From positions 1,856,001-1,920,000 of the forward strand of contig OZ219790.1 in assembly GCA_964291215.2 (NCBI GenBank): 64,000 nucleotides of DNA, written 5' to 3'. The position numbers were made by a program, and so were the translations under genes. Shown here piece by piece: positions 18,759 to 30,285 of the stretch. The notes beneath the pieces were generated by a model. It did not search any database, had not been told where the DNA came from, and saw nothing but the letters and a program-made list of their open reading frames with translations. Position 1 is the first letter of the stretch. Each line of letters starts with the position of its first letter. This stretch comes from Alphaproteobacteria bacterium. Its GTDB lineage: Bacteria > Pseudomonadota > Alphaproteobacteria > MPNO01 > UBA830.

Positions 18759-21700
18759 GTAAGCGTTCGTTCGTGCGGTGATGACGATCTGCGCCGAAGT
18801 TCATTTCGGTGATTCGGAGAAGGGGGCTGGTGAATTTTTTTGGCGGTACTATCAGGTCGTGCATGGTCATGTGCATCGAGGATTTCGTGTCGTCATCGGG
18901 TGCGGACGCCGCTGGCGACGTGCCGCAGTCGTGATTCGGCCACCTGGAAGTCCCTGTACGATCGCGAGCGTATTCGAGCCGAAGCTGCGGAGGGTCGCTG
19001 TGAGGAGCTGCGCTTGCAGGAGGTGGAGGGGCCGCGCGAATTCCCTGAAGGCGATTTTCGAGAGCAATCGCGAGAAGCTGTCAGCTGCCCGTGCGGAGGT
19101 CAGGGAAGTTCGGCGGACGACGAAGCAGTCTCTTGCGCCGGAGCAGGAAGTTGCGCGTCCGAGCCAGTTTCTTGCCGAGGCCGGCGCGCGGAAGCGGTCG
19201 ACGGTGGTATCGCTGCGCATGGAGAATGCCAGCCTGAAGACCGCGATGAGGGTTCTGAAGGGTCGGGGCGGAGAACGACAAGCTTCGTTCGAACAGGTCG
19301 TACGGGCGCAAGAGCGAGAAGAGGCAGCGGGCGTCGTCGAAGCGCGGCCAGCAGTGCGACACATGGCCGCACGCCGCAGCCGGCGCTCGAGGAGGTGGAG
19401 GAGCGGCTGGAGGTGGCGGAGGACGCCTGCTCGTGCTGCGTTGCCAACGGTTCGTACCAGGATCATCGAGATCAAAAGCGGCGGATTGTCCGCCGGGGCT
19501 GTGACTGCCCCGGTTCACCGGTGGCGGCTGTTTCCCGGCACCGCATTCGGGTGTGGACGCATGAGCTGCACGAGCGCGTGCATGCGCGCCGCGTCGCCCG
19601 GCCAAGGGCTTTCGTCGGGAACGCTGGCCAGCGAGCCGGATGCTGCCCCTGTTCGAGCCGCTTCGGGACGCGATCCTCGCGCACCGGGGTCTGCGCCATG
19701 CCGATGCATCCGGGCCCCGAGGGAGGTCCGGAAGTCGCGCCTGGCTCCGGACATCGGTCAGCCGTGACGCGGTCCTCTCCCTCGCGCAGCGCCGAGGTCA
19801 CGGCGAAGCTGTTCGCGGACGCCCCCATGTCTGCGACCGCTACGGCGCCTGCAAGAAGCTGGCGCGCCTGTGGCCCTTCATCATCCTGTGCTGTTGCCGG
19901 GCGCATTGTTGGCGCGACTTTCCGGACTGCGCCGGCCGCAGCTGGAGGGGTGGGCGGACGAACGGGTCGATCGCGGAGATCTGCCGCCTGAACACGGCTC
20001 GACTGTCTTGATTCCGGCGGCGTTCGAGGCCGCGCAGGCGGCGCTGGAGACTGCGGTCGCTGTTTGCGGAAGCGCCGAGGCTTCCGAAAGCGGCGCCGGA
20101 AGGCAGGCCGCTGCGCTCAACCATCGCGTGTTCGTCGACCATGGACAACAATTTCGGGGAAAGGGCTGTCAGGGGCCCGGCCAACGGGCGGAAGCCCGGC
20201 TTCGGTTCCGACAGCATGGACGGCGATCATGTACACGGCACGGTCGCGAGGAGCGGCCTCGACGTTCTGCGCTGGCGCCTGCGCGGAGAACGGCGGCCCG
20301 GCGATCTGTCGCCCTGGTTGCCGTGAGCCCGGAGAGGCGGCGGAGATTCGCAGCGCCGCCGTGAGGTTGAGGGCGCGACTTCATGGTCGCAGAGATGCGG
20401 CTGCTGCGACGATCACGGAGCGAACCCCATCGCCCGCGCCTTCTGCCGCCGCCGGCCCCGAAACTGATCACACCGCCGCCCCGAAGACCCTCGACGAGCC
20501 CCGCCCGCTGACACTGCCTCGGCGCCTGGCGGCGCCGCAGATGCGCTACCATGCGGCGAGCCGCTGCTTCTCGACCGCCGCATGGACCGCGCGCTGCAAC
20601 ACCACGCCCGTGCCCTGCGAGACCCTAATCCCGCGCCGCGGCGTCTGCCGGATCCGCGTCGGAACAACCAGCGGCCGCCACGACCGACGTGACAGAAGCC
20701 GAAGAAGGACATCTGGCCCGCTCCGCAAGGACTGGAAGCGGACCCTCAGAACCCTGCAACCGGCATAGAATGGCGCTCAGCTCCTCCTCCGCAGCGCCGG
20801 GACAAAACCGCAACCAATGCGGAAAACACGGCATCGCGCCAGTGCCCCTCACCGCGCATCCCGGCGCACAAAACCGCTTCGGGTGACGCTGGAACTCCCT
20901 GACAAAAGCCCGTCAAACGGTAACTGCTCACCCTCTGGTTCCGGCTTGATGTCGGGGTAGAGCAACGAACGGGTTTTCGTGGAGATTTGACACTGCAGGC
21001 CGATTCGTTCAGTGGTGGTCATCGAGAACGACGGGGACCGCCAGTGGGCTACTTTGGATCGAAGGCGACGAGCGGGCTGTGCCAGCTGCTTCCGGGGCTC
21101 CAGCCCCCGCATGATCTGTATGTGGAAACGCATCCGGGAGGCGGCGCGCTGATGAAGCGCGAGGCCGGGCGGGGGAGTACCGGAAGATGCCGCCGGGCGA
21201 GCGCCAGGCGATGCTCGCGGCGAGGCCGGGTGATGGCGACGGGCGGCGCGCGAGGAGTTCGAAGCGGCCAAGACCGCGGCGCTGCCGGCAAGGTGTCGGA
21301 AGAGGCCGTCATCCGCGTCCTCGTCATCCTGCTCGACATCCTCATCGTCGTCCTTCTGGAGAAGACCACGCACGAGCCGGAACTCCGGTCTGCCGCCGTC
21401 ACAGACGGACAAGGACGAGAGCGTGCCGGAAGCAACGGCAAGGGCCCGAAGCCGAACCGGCAGATGGGCGACAACCTGCCATCGTCGAGGAAACGGTCGC
21501 GGCCTGCGACGCCTGCGGCGCCGACGGCCCCGTCGAGCGCCGCACGACATCGTGTTCGAGGTCGCGCCGCGTCGACGCCGAGGAATGCCCGAAGTGTAAG
21601 GCCCGGTTCCCCGACAACATCCCGTGCAGTACGGCATCCAGGCCCTCGTCCCTGCTGGTCGCCCGGATGCTGTCCCTGCGCCGTCGCGCTCGTGCAGGCG

Positions 21701-22450
21701 ATCTCCGGCATCAAGCTCTCCGAGGCCTCGGCCATGCTTTCACGATGCGTCATGGGAGGAGGCCGCCGTGGCGCACCTCCTGCAACGCCCGATGTCGACG
21801 ATTTCGGATCAACAGCAAGTGGCTCCATGTCGTCGGGACGTGCAAGTTCCCGCACCGCAAGCAAGAGATCGGCCCGTGCTACAAGGGCGTCCTGGGCCTC
21901 GTACATGGCAGTGTAGCCACCAGCGGCAGCCACCTGCTGCGCGAACTGACCTTTGTCGTCGAGGCTGCCGCGCGACTGATGAAGAGCCTGCTCCGCGAGG
22001 TCTGCCACAAGGTCAACAAGAGCGCATCCAGGACCCTGAACGAGGCCGGGCGCTACCGCACCATCAGGGCGCCAGGGAACTGCCCGACATCCCGCCGAAA
22101 GGAAAACGCATCGCAAACGCGCACAACCTGCACGAACGTCTCGTGAAACACGAAAACCTGCGCTTCACAGACGACCCCGACGTCAGCTTCACCAACAATG
22201 CCGGAGAACAGAAGGTCAAGGTGTCCGGATGCTTCCGCTCCACGCAAAAGCATGGTGCCGGGGCTCAAGCTACCTCACCTCCATGGCCGCACTCGGCTAC
22301 AATCATCACGTCGCCACCCGGATCGCCCTCGACGGAAAAGTCGCAGACATCATCAACGAGCACTACGGCCAATCAGAACCCAACTAGGGGTGAGTAGATA
22401 CGTCAAACGGACGAAAACAACAACACCTCACCGCACGAACGAACGCTTAC
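18759..22450 (+). mobile_element. Second IS66-family element, decayed, with IS66 copy 3 nested near its right end
   Basis: Perfect 23 bp TIR GTAAGCGTTCGTTCGTGCGGTGA / TCACCGCACGAACGAACGCTTAC; DNNFGERAVRG motif at 20141; flanks ACCGGGTC vs CTTCGGTC do not match. Confidence 0.85.
20920..22401 (+). mobile_element. IS66-family element, copy 3 (decayed)
   Basis: Same TIRs as copy 2; perfect 8 bp TSD GTCAAACG. Confidence 0.93.
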
Positions 22451-22485
22451 CTTCGGTCAAACCATGCGTGGCTTGTCGGGGCCCC

Positions 22486-25400
22486 TCACCCGCCGTCGAG
22501 AATGTCCTTCAGCGTCTCGCAGGATGAGGCCGGCTCCACGCTGTCCGCGCACTCCGGGGCGATGAAGAGGGGGTTGCCGGGAGACCAGAGCTCCACGCTC
22601 CCGGCATTGTCCTCGAAATACTCCGGGTCCGTCGTCACCCGCAACTCTTCGGTCATGCCCGGCGCCAGCAACCCGTATTCGCGCCGCCCCATCGGCCGGA
22701 CCTCGACGCCCGGCGCCATGAGGCCGGGCGCTGCGACGATCCGGTCCAGATCCTCCATCGTCACGATCGGGGTCAGACACGTCAACATGGCGATATCGTC
22801 CTGCGTCACGGCGTCGATATCGAACCCTGCGCCCCGGGCGTCGTCCGCCTCGCGTTCGATCGCGGCGACGAGGCCGGCGCGTCCGCGCGCGTCCCGGCCC
22901 GAGAGCACGCCTTGCGATATCGCGCCGGGCAGCCGCGCCAGAATCGGCTGCAGGCGCCCGACCACGGTCTCGAACAGGCCGATGCGCTCGCGGAGCGCGC
23001 GGTAGATGTCGGTCTCGACCGTCCCCTTGCAGTGCAGATTGACGATGCGGACGGTCGCGTGCGCCTGGCCCAGCCGGTCGATGCGCCCGATGCGCTGCTC
23101 GACCCGCATGGGGTTCCACGGCATGTCGTAATTGACCGCAGCACCGCAGAACTGGAAGTTCAGGCCCTCGGCCGCGGCGTCGGTGCACAGCAGGATATCG
23201 ACTTGCCCTTCGCGGAACCGCTGTTTCGCATCGTCCCTGTTCATGCCGCACCATGCGCCGTCTGCTCCGGGCGCCTCTCCACCACGCCCGGAGAAGCACA
23301 GCAGCGTCCACTCGCCGTTCTCGAGGAGGGCGTCGCGCAGGAAATCCATGGTGTCGGTATATTGGGTGAAGACCATCGCCTGGCGGTAGCCGTCCCGGCG
23401 CAATTCGCGCAGGATGTCCTTCAGGCTGTCGAGCTTGCTGTCCGGCGGAAGCTGCCCGACCGCGCCGAGCAGGCGGTCGATTTCCGCAGCCTGTTCGAGG
23501 GCGAGGGCCCTGCGTTCGAGGCCCGCCGCATCGTCGGTGTCGGTGGCCTCTTCGGTTGTGTCGTCGTCCGGCAAATCCTCGTCGAGGCCGAAGAGGTTCG
23601 CGCGCACGTCGCCGGCGATGGCGTCGCGGCGCTTGCGCAGCGTCTCGCGCAGCGCCGCGAAGCTGCTGGCGAGCCGGCGGCGGTAGATCGTCATGACGAA
23701 CCCGACCGCCGTGCGTTCCTTCCCGCTCGCCCGGCCGTATGCCCCGGCAGTGTAGTCCTCGACCGCGTCGTAGAGCGCCCGCTCGCCGTCCGTCATGTCG
23801 AGAAAGCGGTCCTCGACCCGGCGCTCCGCGATCGGCGTCGTCATCGTCCCTTCCCGGAAGTAGCGCCGCAGCAGTTCGCGGGTGTTGCGCGAGATCAGCC
23901 TGCGCGCCGGGGCGCCGGCCCGCGCGAGCGCGACCGCGCCCCGGCGTTCGTCGTTCTCAAGCCGGCGGCGCGGAATGCCCGCTTCGTCGCGCAGCGCGCG
24001 CAGCGCCTTGCCGGCCTTAAGCCGGGAGAGGCCGGTCAGGCGTTCCGCCTCCGCTCTCCCGACCTCGCCATAGGCGCGCTCGGCCGCGCGGAACAGCGAC
24101 GCCATGCGCTCCATCGCCTCCGCCGAAGGGTTCGGCTGTTCGAGATCGTCGAAGAAGCCGAGAAACGCCCGTTCATGCCATTCCGGCGGCAAGCCGAGCA
24201 GGTCGAGCAGGTCGTGGACTTCGACGGGGTGCACCTGCATCGGCGTCGCCGTCAACAGGACCAGGCCTTTCGTGCGGTCCTTCAGGCCACGCATGAGCCG
24301 GAGCAGGGCGTTGGGACCGCCTCCCTGCTGGCTGCCGGGGGCGCGGCGCCGGGCGTGATGCGCCTCGTCGAGCACCACAAGGTCCCACGGCTCCGCCCTT
24401 TCCAGCAGCTCCGCCTGCCGCTCGCTCCGGCGCATCAATTGGCTGGAGGCGATCACGACCGGCTCGCGATGCCACTCCCCGCGCCCGGCGGCGCGCTCAT
24501 GGCGCCCCCGCAACGCCGGGGAGGGATGCCATGCCAGCTTGCCGCCGTCGTAGATCGGCCAGTTCAGGTTGAACTTCTCCCGCAACTCGACCTGCCACTG
24601 GCCGAGCACGGCCTTCGGCGCCAGGATCAGGATGCGCCTGGCCCGCCCCGCCAGCCATGCCTGGCGCAGCAGCAGCCCGGCCTGGACGGTCTTGCCCAGC
24701 CCCACCTCGTCGGCGATCAGCAGCCGGGGCGGCCAGTTGCCGTACAGGCGCTCGAATGCCCGCGCCTGATGCGGCCAGGGATCGACCGGCGCAGTCGCCT
24801 CGCCAACCCGTACGCCGCCGCCCGGCCGCGACGGGGCCTCCCGGATGAAGGCCCAGATCCGCGCGCGCAGCGTGCCAGCCGGCGGCGGGTCGGCGCCGTC
24901 ATCGGGCCGGAGGTCCGGGCGGCGCACGAGCAGCCTTGGCACCTCGTCCACCCGTTCCAGCCGCGCCGGCCGGCCCGTCTTCGGCATGAAGCGCATCAGG
25001 TCGCGGCGCGCCGCCTCCGGCACGTCCAGCACAATCGCGCGCTGCGCCCTGTCGGCCCAGAGGTTGGCGAAATTCGCCTCCTCCGCATCGACCCGCCCCG
25101 GCTCAGGTCCCCAGCTGGTATAGACGCTGATGCTCTCCCAATTGGCCTGCCAGCCGGCACCAGTCTCGTTGATGCTGCCGGTCCAGGCCAGCCGATCGCC
25201 GGCCAGGTCCTCGATGATCCCGGTCTTCTCGTGGAAAATACCGCTGTCGGCCACCGGCTCTCGTGCGGCATTGCAGGGCACGGCGACCCTGACTGTGAGA
25301 AACCCGCCCGCGACCATCCACGCCAGCAGTTCCAGCGCGCCTGCCGCCGCCGGGTCGGGCGGGGCCAGCGGCAGACATGCCAAGTGCCGCTCAACCAAAG

Positions 25401-25656
25401 CGCGGAGGTCGTCTCCCTGCCGGATCGCCCCGATCTCGTCCGACCCCAGCGTGCAGCCGACCACCAGCCGCATCCGGCCGTCATTGCGCACCAGCCCTTC
25501 GATGCCGCGCGCCGCCAGCGCCAGCGCCCCGGCGTTGAAATACCCGGTCAGCCGGTCGTAGCGCTCCGCGTCCTCAAGCGCGGGAACGTAGAACAGCCGG
25601 ACAAGGCCGCCGTCCTCGGGCGTGTATTTCAGGCGCCATGCGCGATCCCGCAGCAT
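22486..25656 (-). CDS. SNF2-family helicase with N-terminal PLD-like nuclease domain
   Basis: FHEKTG..WTGSIN (HxK-type PLD); IADEVGLGKT, DEAHH, TATP, YDMPWNPMRVEQRIGRIDR. Confidence 0.92.
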   Translation of the reverse strand: MLRDRAWRLKYTPEDGGLVRLFYVPALEDAERYDRLTGYFNAGALALAARGIEGLVRNDGRMRLVVGCTLGSDEIGAIRQGDDLRALVERHLACLPLAPPDPAAAGALELLAWMVAGGFLTVRVAVPCNAAREPVADSGIFHEKTGIIEDLAGDRLAWTGSINETGAGWQANWESISVYTSWGPEPGRVDAEEANFANLWADRAQRAIVLDVPEAARRDLMRFMPKTGRPARLERVDEVPRLLVRRPDLRPDDGADPPPAGTLRARIWAFIREAPSRPGGGVRVGEATAPVDPWPHQARAFERLYGNWPPRLLIADEVGLGKTVQAGLLLRQAWLAGRARRILILAPKAVLGQWQVELREKFNLNWPIYDGGKLAWHPSPALRGRHERAAGRGEWHREPVVIASSQLMRRSERQAELLERAEPWDLVVLDEAHHARRRAPGSQQGGGPNALLRLMRGLKDRTKGLVLLTATPMQVHPVEVHDLLDLLGLPPEWHERAFLGFFDDLEQPNPSAEAMERMASLFRAAERAYGEVGRAEAERLTGLSRLKAGKALRALRDEAGIPRRRLENDERRGAVALARAGAPARRLISRNTRELLRRYFREGTMTTPIAERRVEDRFLDMTDGERALYDAVEDYTAGAYGRASGKERTAVGFVMTIYRRRLASSFAALRETLRKRRDAIAGDVRANLFGLDEDLPDDDTTEEATDTDDAAGLERRALALEQAAEIDRLLGAVGQLPPDSKLDSLKDILRELRRDGYRQAMVFTQYTDTMDFLRDALLENGEWTLLCFSGRGGEAPGADGAWCGMNRDDAKQRFREGQVDILLCTDAAAEGLNFQFCGAAVNYDMPWNPMRVEQRIGRIDRLGQAHATVRIVNLHCKGTVETDIYRALRERIGLFETVVGRLQPILARLPGAISQGVLSGRDARGRAGLVAAIEREADDARGAGFDIDAVTQDDIAMLTCLTPIVTMEDLDRIVAAPGLMAPGVEVRPMGRREYGLLAPGMTEELRVTTDPEYFEDNAGSVELWSPGNPLFIAPECADSVEPASSCETLKDILDGG

Positions 25657-25659
25657 GGG

Positions 25660-28578
25660 TCAGTGTTCGTCGTCGCGCCAGAGCCTGAGCTGTTCCGGCT
25701 CATCGACATGCTCGCCGTAGGCCAGCCGGCTCAGCTTGTAGAGCGCCTCGAAGTCGTTGCCCGAAGCCGCCGCCTCGCCTTCGAGGGCGATGCCCGTGAA
25801 CGCCCCGGACACCGGCAGCACCTCAAGCACAGCTTCAAGCGCCGCGAAGAAACGAGGGTTTCGGTCCATCCCCGCATCCGCGAGCAACTCCCGCGCGGCG
25901 TCCAGCGAGCGCAGGCGCGCCAGATTGGCGCCGTGGTGGATGACATCGATCATGCCGCGCGAACCGTCGGCGGGGCCGAGCGTTCCCTTGGCCGCCCGGC
26001 GCGCACTGTCCCACAGCAGGATGTCGCCGCCCTTCCTTTCGCCCAGCCGGCCCACGATGCCGCGGTCGAGGTCGGCACCCACGGCGCGGGCCAGCCGCAA
26101 CGCCTCGTCATAGGAGAACGCCGGCGCCTTGAAGGCGTCCCACGCCAGCACGAAGAAGGCGGTCGGGGCGTCAAGGTCGGAATCGGCCTTCATGTGCGTC
26201 AGCATCTCCAGCCGCCAGCGCTTGACCTCGCGGCGCGCGGCGTCGAGCGCGTCCTCCGGCGTCGCCGCGTACGGGTCCCACTCGAACGGTAGTTGCTGCC
26301 GCCGCTCCTCCGGCATCTCGCGCGGCGAGCCGCGCCTGAGCGGCCAGTGGCGCGAGAATGCCTCGAGCGCCGGGCCGAAGCAGGCCAGATAGAGATCCAC
26401 CCCGGCGATCCCCGCCTCCTGGAACTCACCGATCCGCCGCCGGACGGCCTGCGCCACCTGCGGCTCCACATCCTCCCAGTAGAGGCCCTGCTCCGTGTCG
26501 GCGTCCTTCGCGCGCGGGCGGCAGGCCAGGAAAACCGTGCTGTTCGCCGCCGCCTTGTCCCGGATATGCAGGCTGCCCTCGGCTTCCGTGTTGACCGGCC
26601 AGGACGCGGTGATCGTGAACCCCGCTTCCATCAGGCCCGCGGCAAGCGCGTCCCACGCCCCTGTCGCCTTGTGCGTGAACATCAGCGTCATGACGCCGTC
26701 GGGCTTCAGCACCCGCCGGCATTCGGCGAAGATCGACGCCATGCGCTCCCGGTAGTCGCGGCCCGCCAACGCCTTCGCCCCCTTCTCGCCCCGAAAACGC
26801 GCCGGGTTCGCCACCGCCTCGTTCTCCTTGTCGGTCAGGACGCGCCGAAACAGGTCCGGAAACACATGCCCGGCGGTGCGCTTCAGCCAGACATAGAAGA
26901 AGTCCGAGAGTTCCGCATACATGACGTTGTCGTAATAGGGCGGGTCCATGACCACCGCGTCGATGCTGCCGTCCGCGACATGGTCGAGGCTGTCGCCCGA
27001 CTTGCAGGTGACGGTGACCGGCGGAGGTGTATGTTCGACGGCGAACAGACTGCCATCGCCGCCGGCTTGCGGACGGACAAGCGACACGAGTTCCTTGATG
27101 CACTTGGCGGTCTGGCCGATGGCCCAGTCGTAACCCACACCAGCGACGAGAGGGGCCATTTCGGCGTAGGACCACTTGAACGAGAAGTCGTGACGGTCGA
27201 ATGCTCCCAACAACACCTCTCGGTTGGCGTGCCAGCGGGTCATCCGCGCGTTGTAGTTCAGGAGCTTGTCGAGCGAGAGCGCCAGGTACCCGTATGCCGC
27301 TTGGCGGATGTCGGTCAGCCGGCCGGCCTCGCGGTCAGCCTCCAGCATCTCCCGGAAGACCTCGACGCTCGTGCCGTGGCACAGAAGCTGCCGGGGCGAA
27401 AACAGGTCGCGCCAGTACGGCATCCCGTATTGTATCGGCCGGTCATCATTGCTGACCTCGGGGAACCGCTCGCCGGGGATGATGTCAAACGCCTCCCATT
27501 CGGGGAGTTTCTCGTCGAGGAGCGCCGCAATCTCGGCACCATTGTCGTCCTCCGGCTGCGGTGCCCGGTAGCCGCGCACCCACCGGTCCTGGCCCCGCCT
27601 GCCGGACTTCAGTATCTTGCCCGGTACGCGCTGCTTGTAGACCACCGCGTAGAGCTGCTCGCCCATGGCCCCGGCCCGTGCCTGGCGCTTGATCTCGTCG
27701 CCGTCGATGACGCGCCCGCAGTCCGCATACGGGCAGGCCCCCGCCCCGCGCGATACCGTGCCCGACGACTGGTCCCGCGCATCGCCCACGATCTCGAACG
27801 AGCAGACCCGGCCAGCCGGCCCCGCGCCCGTCTCCGGCTTCAGCCGGACCCCGGTGCCGTCCGGCGCCAGCCGCCAATTCGGAGACAAAGGCACCAGACC
27901 CGCGCAATACGGACACGTGATCGTCCGAGCCCAGAGGAAATTGGTCGATACGGCATCCGGATCAGACTCGTCGGGATAGTACGTCGCGAGCCGCTCCTCC
28001 CTCTCGACGACCAACCGCTCCGACAGTTCGGCAAATTCACATCCGAGGTCAGCGCCGTATCGCGATGGCCACTCTACCGTCGCCCGCATGATCAGGGCGG
28101 CGACCGGATTCAAATCGTTCGCGACCGCCGTGGCGCCAAGACGGGCTGCCTCAAAGGGAATGCTGCCCCCGCCTGCGGTCGGATCAAGCACCGCGAGGTT
28201 CTCCGGCGGCTCTCCAAAAGCGGCCGTCATCCACCCGACATCATTCTCATCGGGAACGTAACCGAATGCCCGCGGGTAGCTGTATGCCTGGCCTTCGAAC
28301 CGCTCGCCGCGCCGCCGCGCAGCATTGATCCTTCGGCGCGTGGCCACCGGGTCGCCATGAATGCCCAGCACATGAAGGAACCTGTCACGGTCCGCATCCG
28401 CCGGCAGCAGCGACGCCAGAACGGCCGCACGCGATGCAACCAATGGCCGACGCGCCCACCAGACATGCAGACGGTTCGGCGCCGGAAACGGCGTCATCGG
28501 CGTCCGCTCCCGCACACTCTCGATCCCAAGCGCCGCAATCGGAAGCCAACGCTCAATCAGACGGACATCTTCCCCCAT
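25660..28578 (-). CDS. DUF1156 adenine-specific DNA methyltransferase with zinc ribbon
   Basis: LHVWWARRPL, LDPTAGGGSIPFEA (SAM binding), CPYC..CPYADC, DPPYYDN (catalytic); start at MGEDVRLIE. Confidence 0.92.
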   Translation of the reverse strand: MGEDVRLIERWLPIAALGIESVRERTPMTPFPAPNRLHVWWARRPLVASRAAVLASLLPADADRDRFLHVLGIHGDPVATRRRINAARRRGERFEGQAYSYPRAFGYVPDENDVGWMTAAFGEPPENLAVLDPTAGGGSIPFEAARLGATAVANDLNPVAALIMRATVEWPSRYGADLGCEFAELSERLVVEREERLATYYPDESDPDAVSTNFLWARTITCPYCAGLVPLSPNWRLAPDGTGVRLKPETGAGPAGRVCSFEIVGDARDQSSGTVSRGAGACPYADCGRVIDGDEIKRQARAGAMGEQLYAVVYKQRVPGKILKSGRRGQDRWVRGYRAPQPEDDNGAEIAALLDEKLPEWEAFDIIPGERFPEVSNDDRPIQYGMPYWRDLFSPRQLLCHGTSVEVFREMLEADREAGRLTDIRQAAYGYLALSLDKLLNYNARMTRWHANREVLLGAFDRHDFSFKWSYAEMAPLVAGVGYDWAIGQTAKCIKELVSLVRPQAGGDGSLFAVEHTPPPVTVTCKSGDSLDHVADGSIDAVVMDPPYYDNVMYAELSDFFYVWLKRTAGHVFPDLFRRVLTDKENEAVANPARFRGEKGAKALAGRDYRERMASIFAECRRVLKPDGVMTLMFTHKATGAWDALAAGLMEAGFTITASWPVNTEAEGSLHIRDKAAANSTVFLACRPRAKDADTEQGLYWEDVEPQVAQAVRRRIGEFQEAGIAGVDLYLACFGPALEAFSRHWPLRRGSPREMPEERRQQLPFEWDPYAATPEDALDAARREVKRWRLEMLTHMKADSDLDAPTAFFVLAWDAFKAPAFSYDEALRLARAVGADLDRGIVGRLGERKGGDILLWDSARRAAKGTLGPADGSRGMIDVIHHGANLARLRSLDAARELLADAGMDRNPRFFAALEAVLEVLPVSGAFTGIALEGEAAASGNDFEALYKLSRLAYGEHVDEPEQLRLWRDDEH

Positions 28579-28585
28579 CGGCGCG

Positions 28586-29665
28586 CTACGCTGCAAAGTC
28601 CTTGAGAGGACAGGCATCGCCGAACGCCTCAACCGCCCATGGACTGTCCGAAGTGATGGGACGCCGCAAGCGCACCATGCCCCGCTTGCCCGCCAGACGG
28701 CGAAACTGTACGCCGCTTTCGCGCAGGGTCTTTTCCACCGCCGCGTTCCTGTGCCTTGGCCTGGCCAGCCCCGGCAAACCCCTGTTCGTAATCCAGGCCT
28801 TCGGCGTCGCTGCCAAGATGCGCTCGACATCGCGCCCGGTTGGCAGGGTGCCGCGGCCGCGGCGCCAAGGCGTGAGGATCGCCACGGGTTCCCATTCGAG
28901 CATTTGATCCCACACCGCAGGGTCGTCCGCATTTTCAGAGCCGTGATGCGGGACCTTGAACACCGAAGCCCTGCCTGCCGGCCGCACCGCGTCCGCCAGT
29001 ATCGCGGTCCAGCCTTGCCGCTCCAGGTCGGCACCAAGAAGAACCGGGCGCCCGCCACACTCAACCCATAGTGCAACAGAGGCCTCGTTCGGAGAAAGGT
29101 CAGGAAGCCGCGTCTTGTTCGCGCCTCGACCAGGCATCAGGCGCTCCACGGATTTCAGGAAGCGCTGGAAGATCTCGTCGTCCGGCCACAGAGCCGTAAT
29201 GGCGCCTGCCTTTCCTCGAAACACAACACGGTTGGCGAGCGCATAGGTCGGCTTTCTCCCCGTTGCCTCCAATCGGGAAAACACCTCGTATATTTCGCGC
29301 AACCCGGAACCGGAGGCGGAAAAAGGCCGACCCTCCAACGTGCCCGCCAGCGTCAGAAACTCCTTCCGGCACAGGGCGCCCGCGCAACAGAAGCCCGCCG
29401 CAGGACACAATTCGAGAAGGCGCGCGATCCCGCCTATGTGGTCGTCGTGCCAATGCGTCGCCACGACCAGTGCGACGACTGCCGGATTGACGCCGATCCC
29501 TTTCAGATATCGTTCCGCAGCTGGCCGCCCATCGGAATCGGCGAAGGAGTCGACAATGATCCATTGGCCGGCGCCGACATGCATGACAATGCTCTCGCCA
29601 TAGCCGAGGCCAAGGAGCGTCAGTTCGAACTCGCTTTCTGCCGGCCTCGTTTCCGCCTCGCTCAC
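28586..29665 (-). CDS. Metallo-beta-lactamase-fold hydrolase, ComEC/Rec2-like putative nuclease
   Basis: GYGESIV, VATHWHDDHIGG, NEASV, LLGADLE, FKVPHHGS; GTGA overlap with the upstream stop. Confidence 0.85.
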   Translation of the reverse strand: MSEAETRPAESEFELTLLGLGYGESIVMHVGAGQWIIVDSFADSDGRPAAERYLKGIGVNPAVVALVVATHWHDDHIGGIARLLELCPAAGFCCAGALCRKEFLTLAGTLEGRPFSASGSGLREIYEVFSRLEATGRKPTYALANRVVFRGKAGAITALWPDDEIFQRFLKSVERLMPGRGANKTRLPDLSPNEASVALWVECGGRPVLLGADLERQGWTAILADAVRPAGRASVFKVPHHGSENADDPAVWDQMLEWEPVAILTPWRRGRGTLPTGRDVERILAATPKAWITNRGLPGLARPRHRNAAVEKTLRESGVQFRRLAGKRGMVRLRRPITSDSPWAVEAFGDACPLKDFAA

Positions 29666-30285
29666 GAGCCGAGAGCCGACGCAACCTTGCGGGCCCATGC
29701 CGCGCCGTGCGCAAGGTCGTTCGCGGTCATTCTGGGCAGGTCCCGGAAGACAATCTGCGAAACCCGCTTGCGTGTTCCCTCGGGAGAGCGTTCGTAGCCG
29801 ATCACCCAGCGGAAGATGCTGCCGACGGCCATGCAGGAGGCGTCGTGTTCGGAGATTTCGGCCATGGGAATGACCGCCTCTTCGCTCTCGTGAGAATGTC
29901 CCGCCGTCAGGTCGACGAGTTGCGCGACGAACTCATCGGCATCGATTCGGGCAACATGCCCCTCCCATTCCTGCAACGCATGGAATGTGGCAGTGCGGGG
30001 CCGGGGGGCCGGTGGCGGCGGAAAATCCACGACCGGAACAGTCCGGCTGCAGCTTCGCGTGTGATCGAGAAGCGAATCCGGCCGCATCCCGGTTTCGCCA
30101 CCCGGCATATCCTGTTCCGTCTTGCGCTTCGCGGACGCCAACACTCGATTTACCGCTGCATCCATATCCACTACCTGGACCGGGGTCGCAAGCGACGCAT
30201 ATTGAGATATCCCGGCTGAAATCCCGTCACCGTCAGTTAGCGGGTTGAAGTTCCGGGCCGCCGTGGAACTGTTGGCCTGCATCAT
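29662..30285 (-). CDS. Hypothetical protein with a low-complexity N-terminus and beta-rich C-terminal domain
   Basis: ATGA/GTGA coupling on both sides; LQEWEGHV..FVAQLVD..GSIFRWVIGY. Confidence 0.75.
   Translation of the reverse strand: MMQANSSTAARNFNPLTDGDGISAGISQYASLATPVQVVDMDAAVNRVLASAKRKTEQDMPGGETGMRPDSLLDHTRSCSRTVPVVDFPPPPAPRPRTATFHALQEWEGHVARIDADEFVAQLVDLTAGHSHESEEAVIPMAEISEHDASCMAVGSIFRWVIGYERSPEGTRKRVSQIVFRDLPRMTANDLAHGAAWARKVASALGS

Noticed and set aside
22912-28605. Very long plus-strand ORFs (1126 aa, 770 aa), and similar ones at 31952-34228 and 47445-50783
   Set aside because: Antisense shadows of motif-bearing minus-strand genes in GC-rich DNA; no recognisable domains
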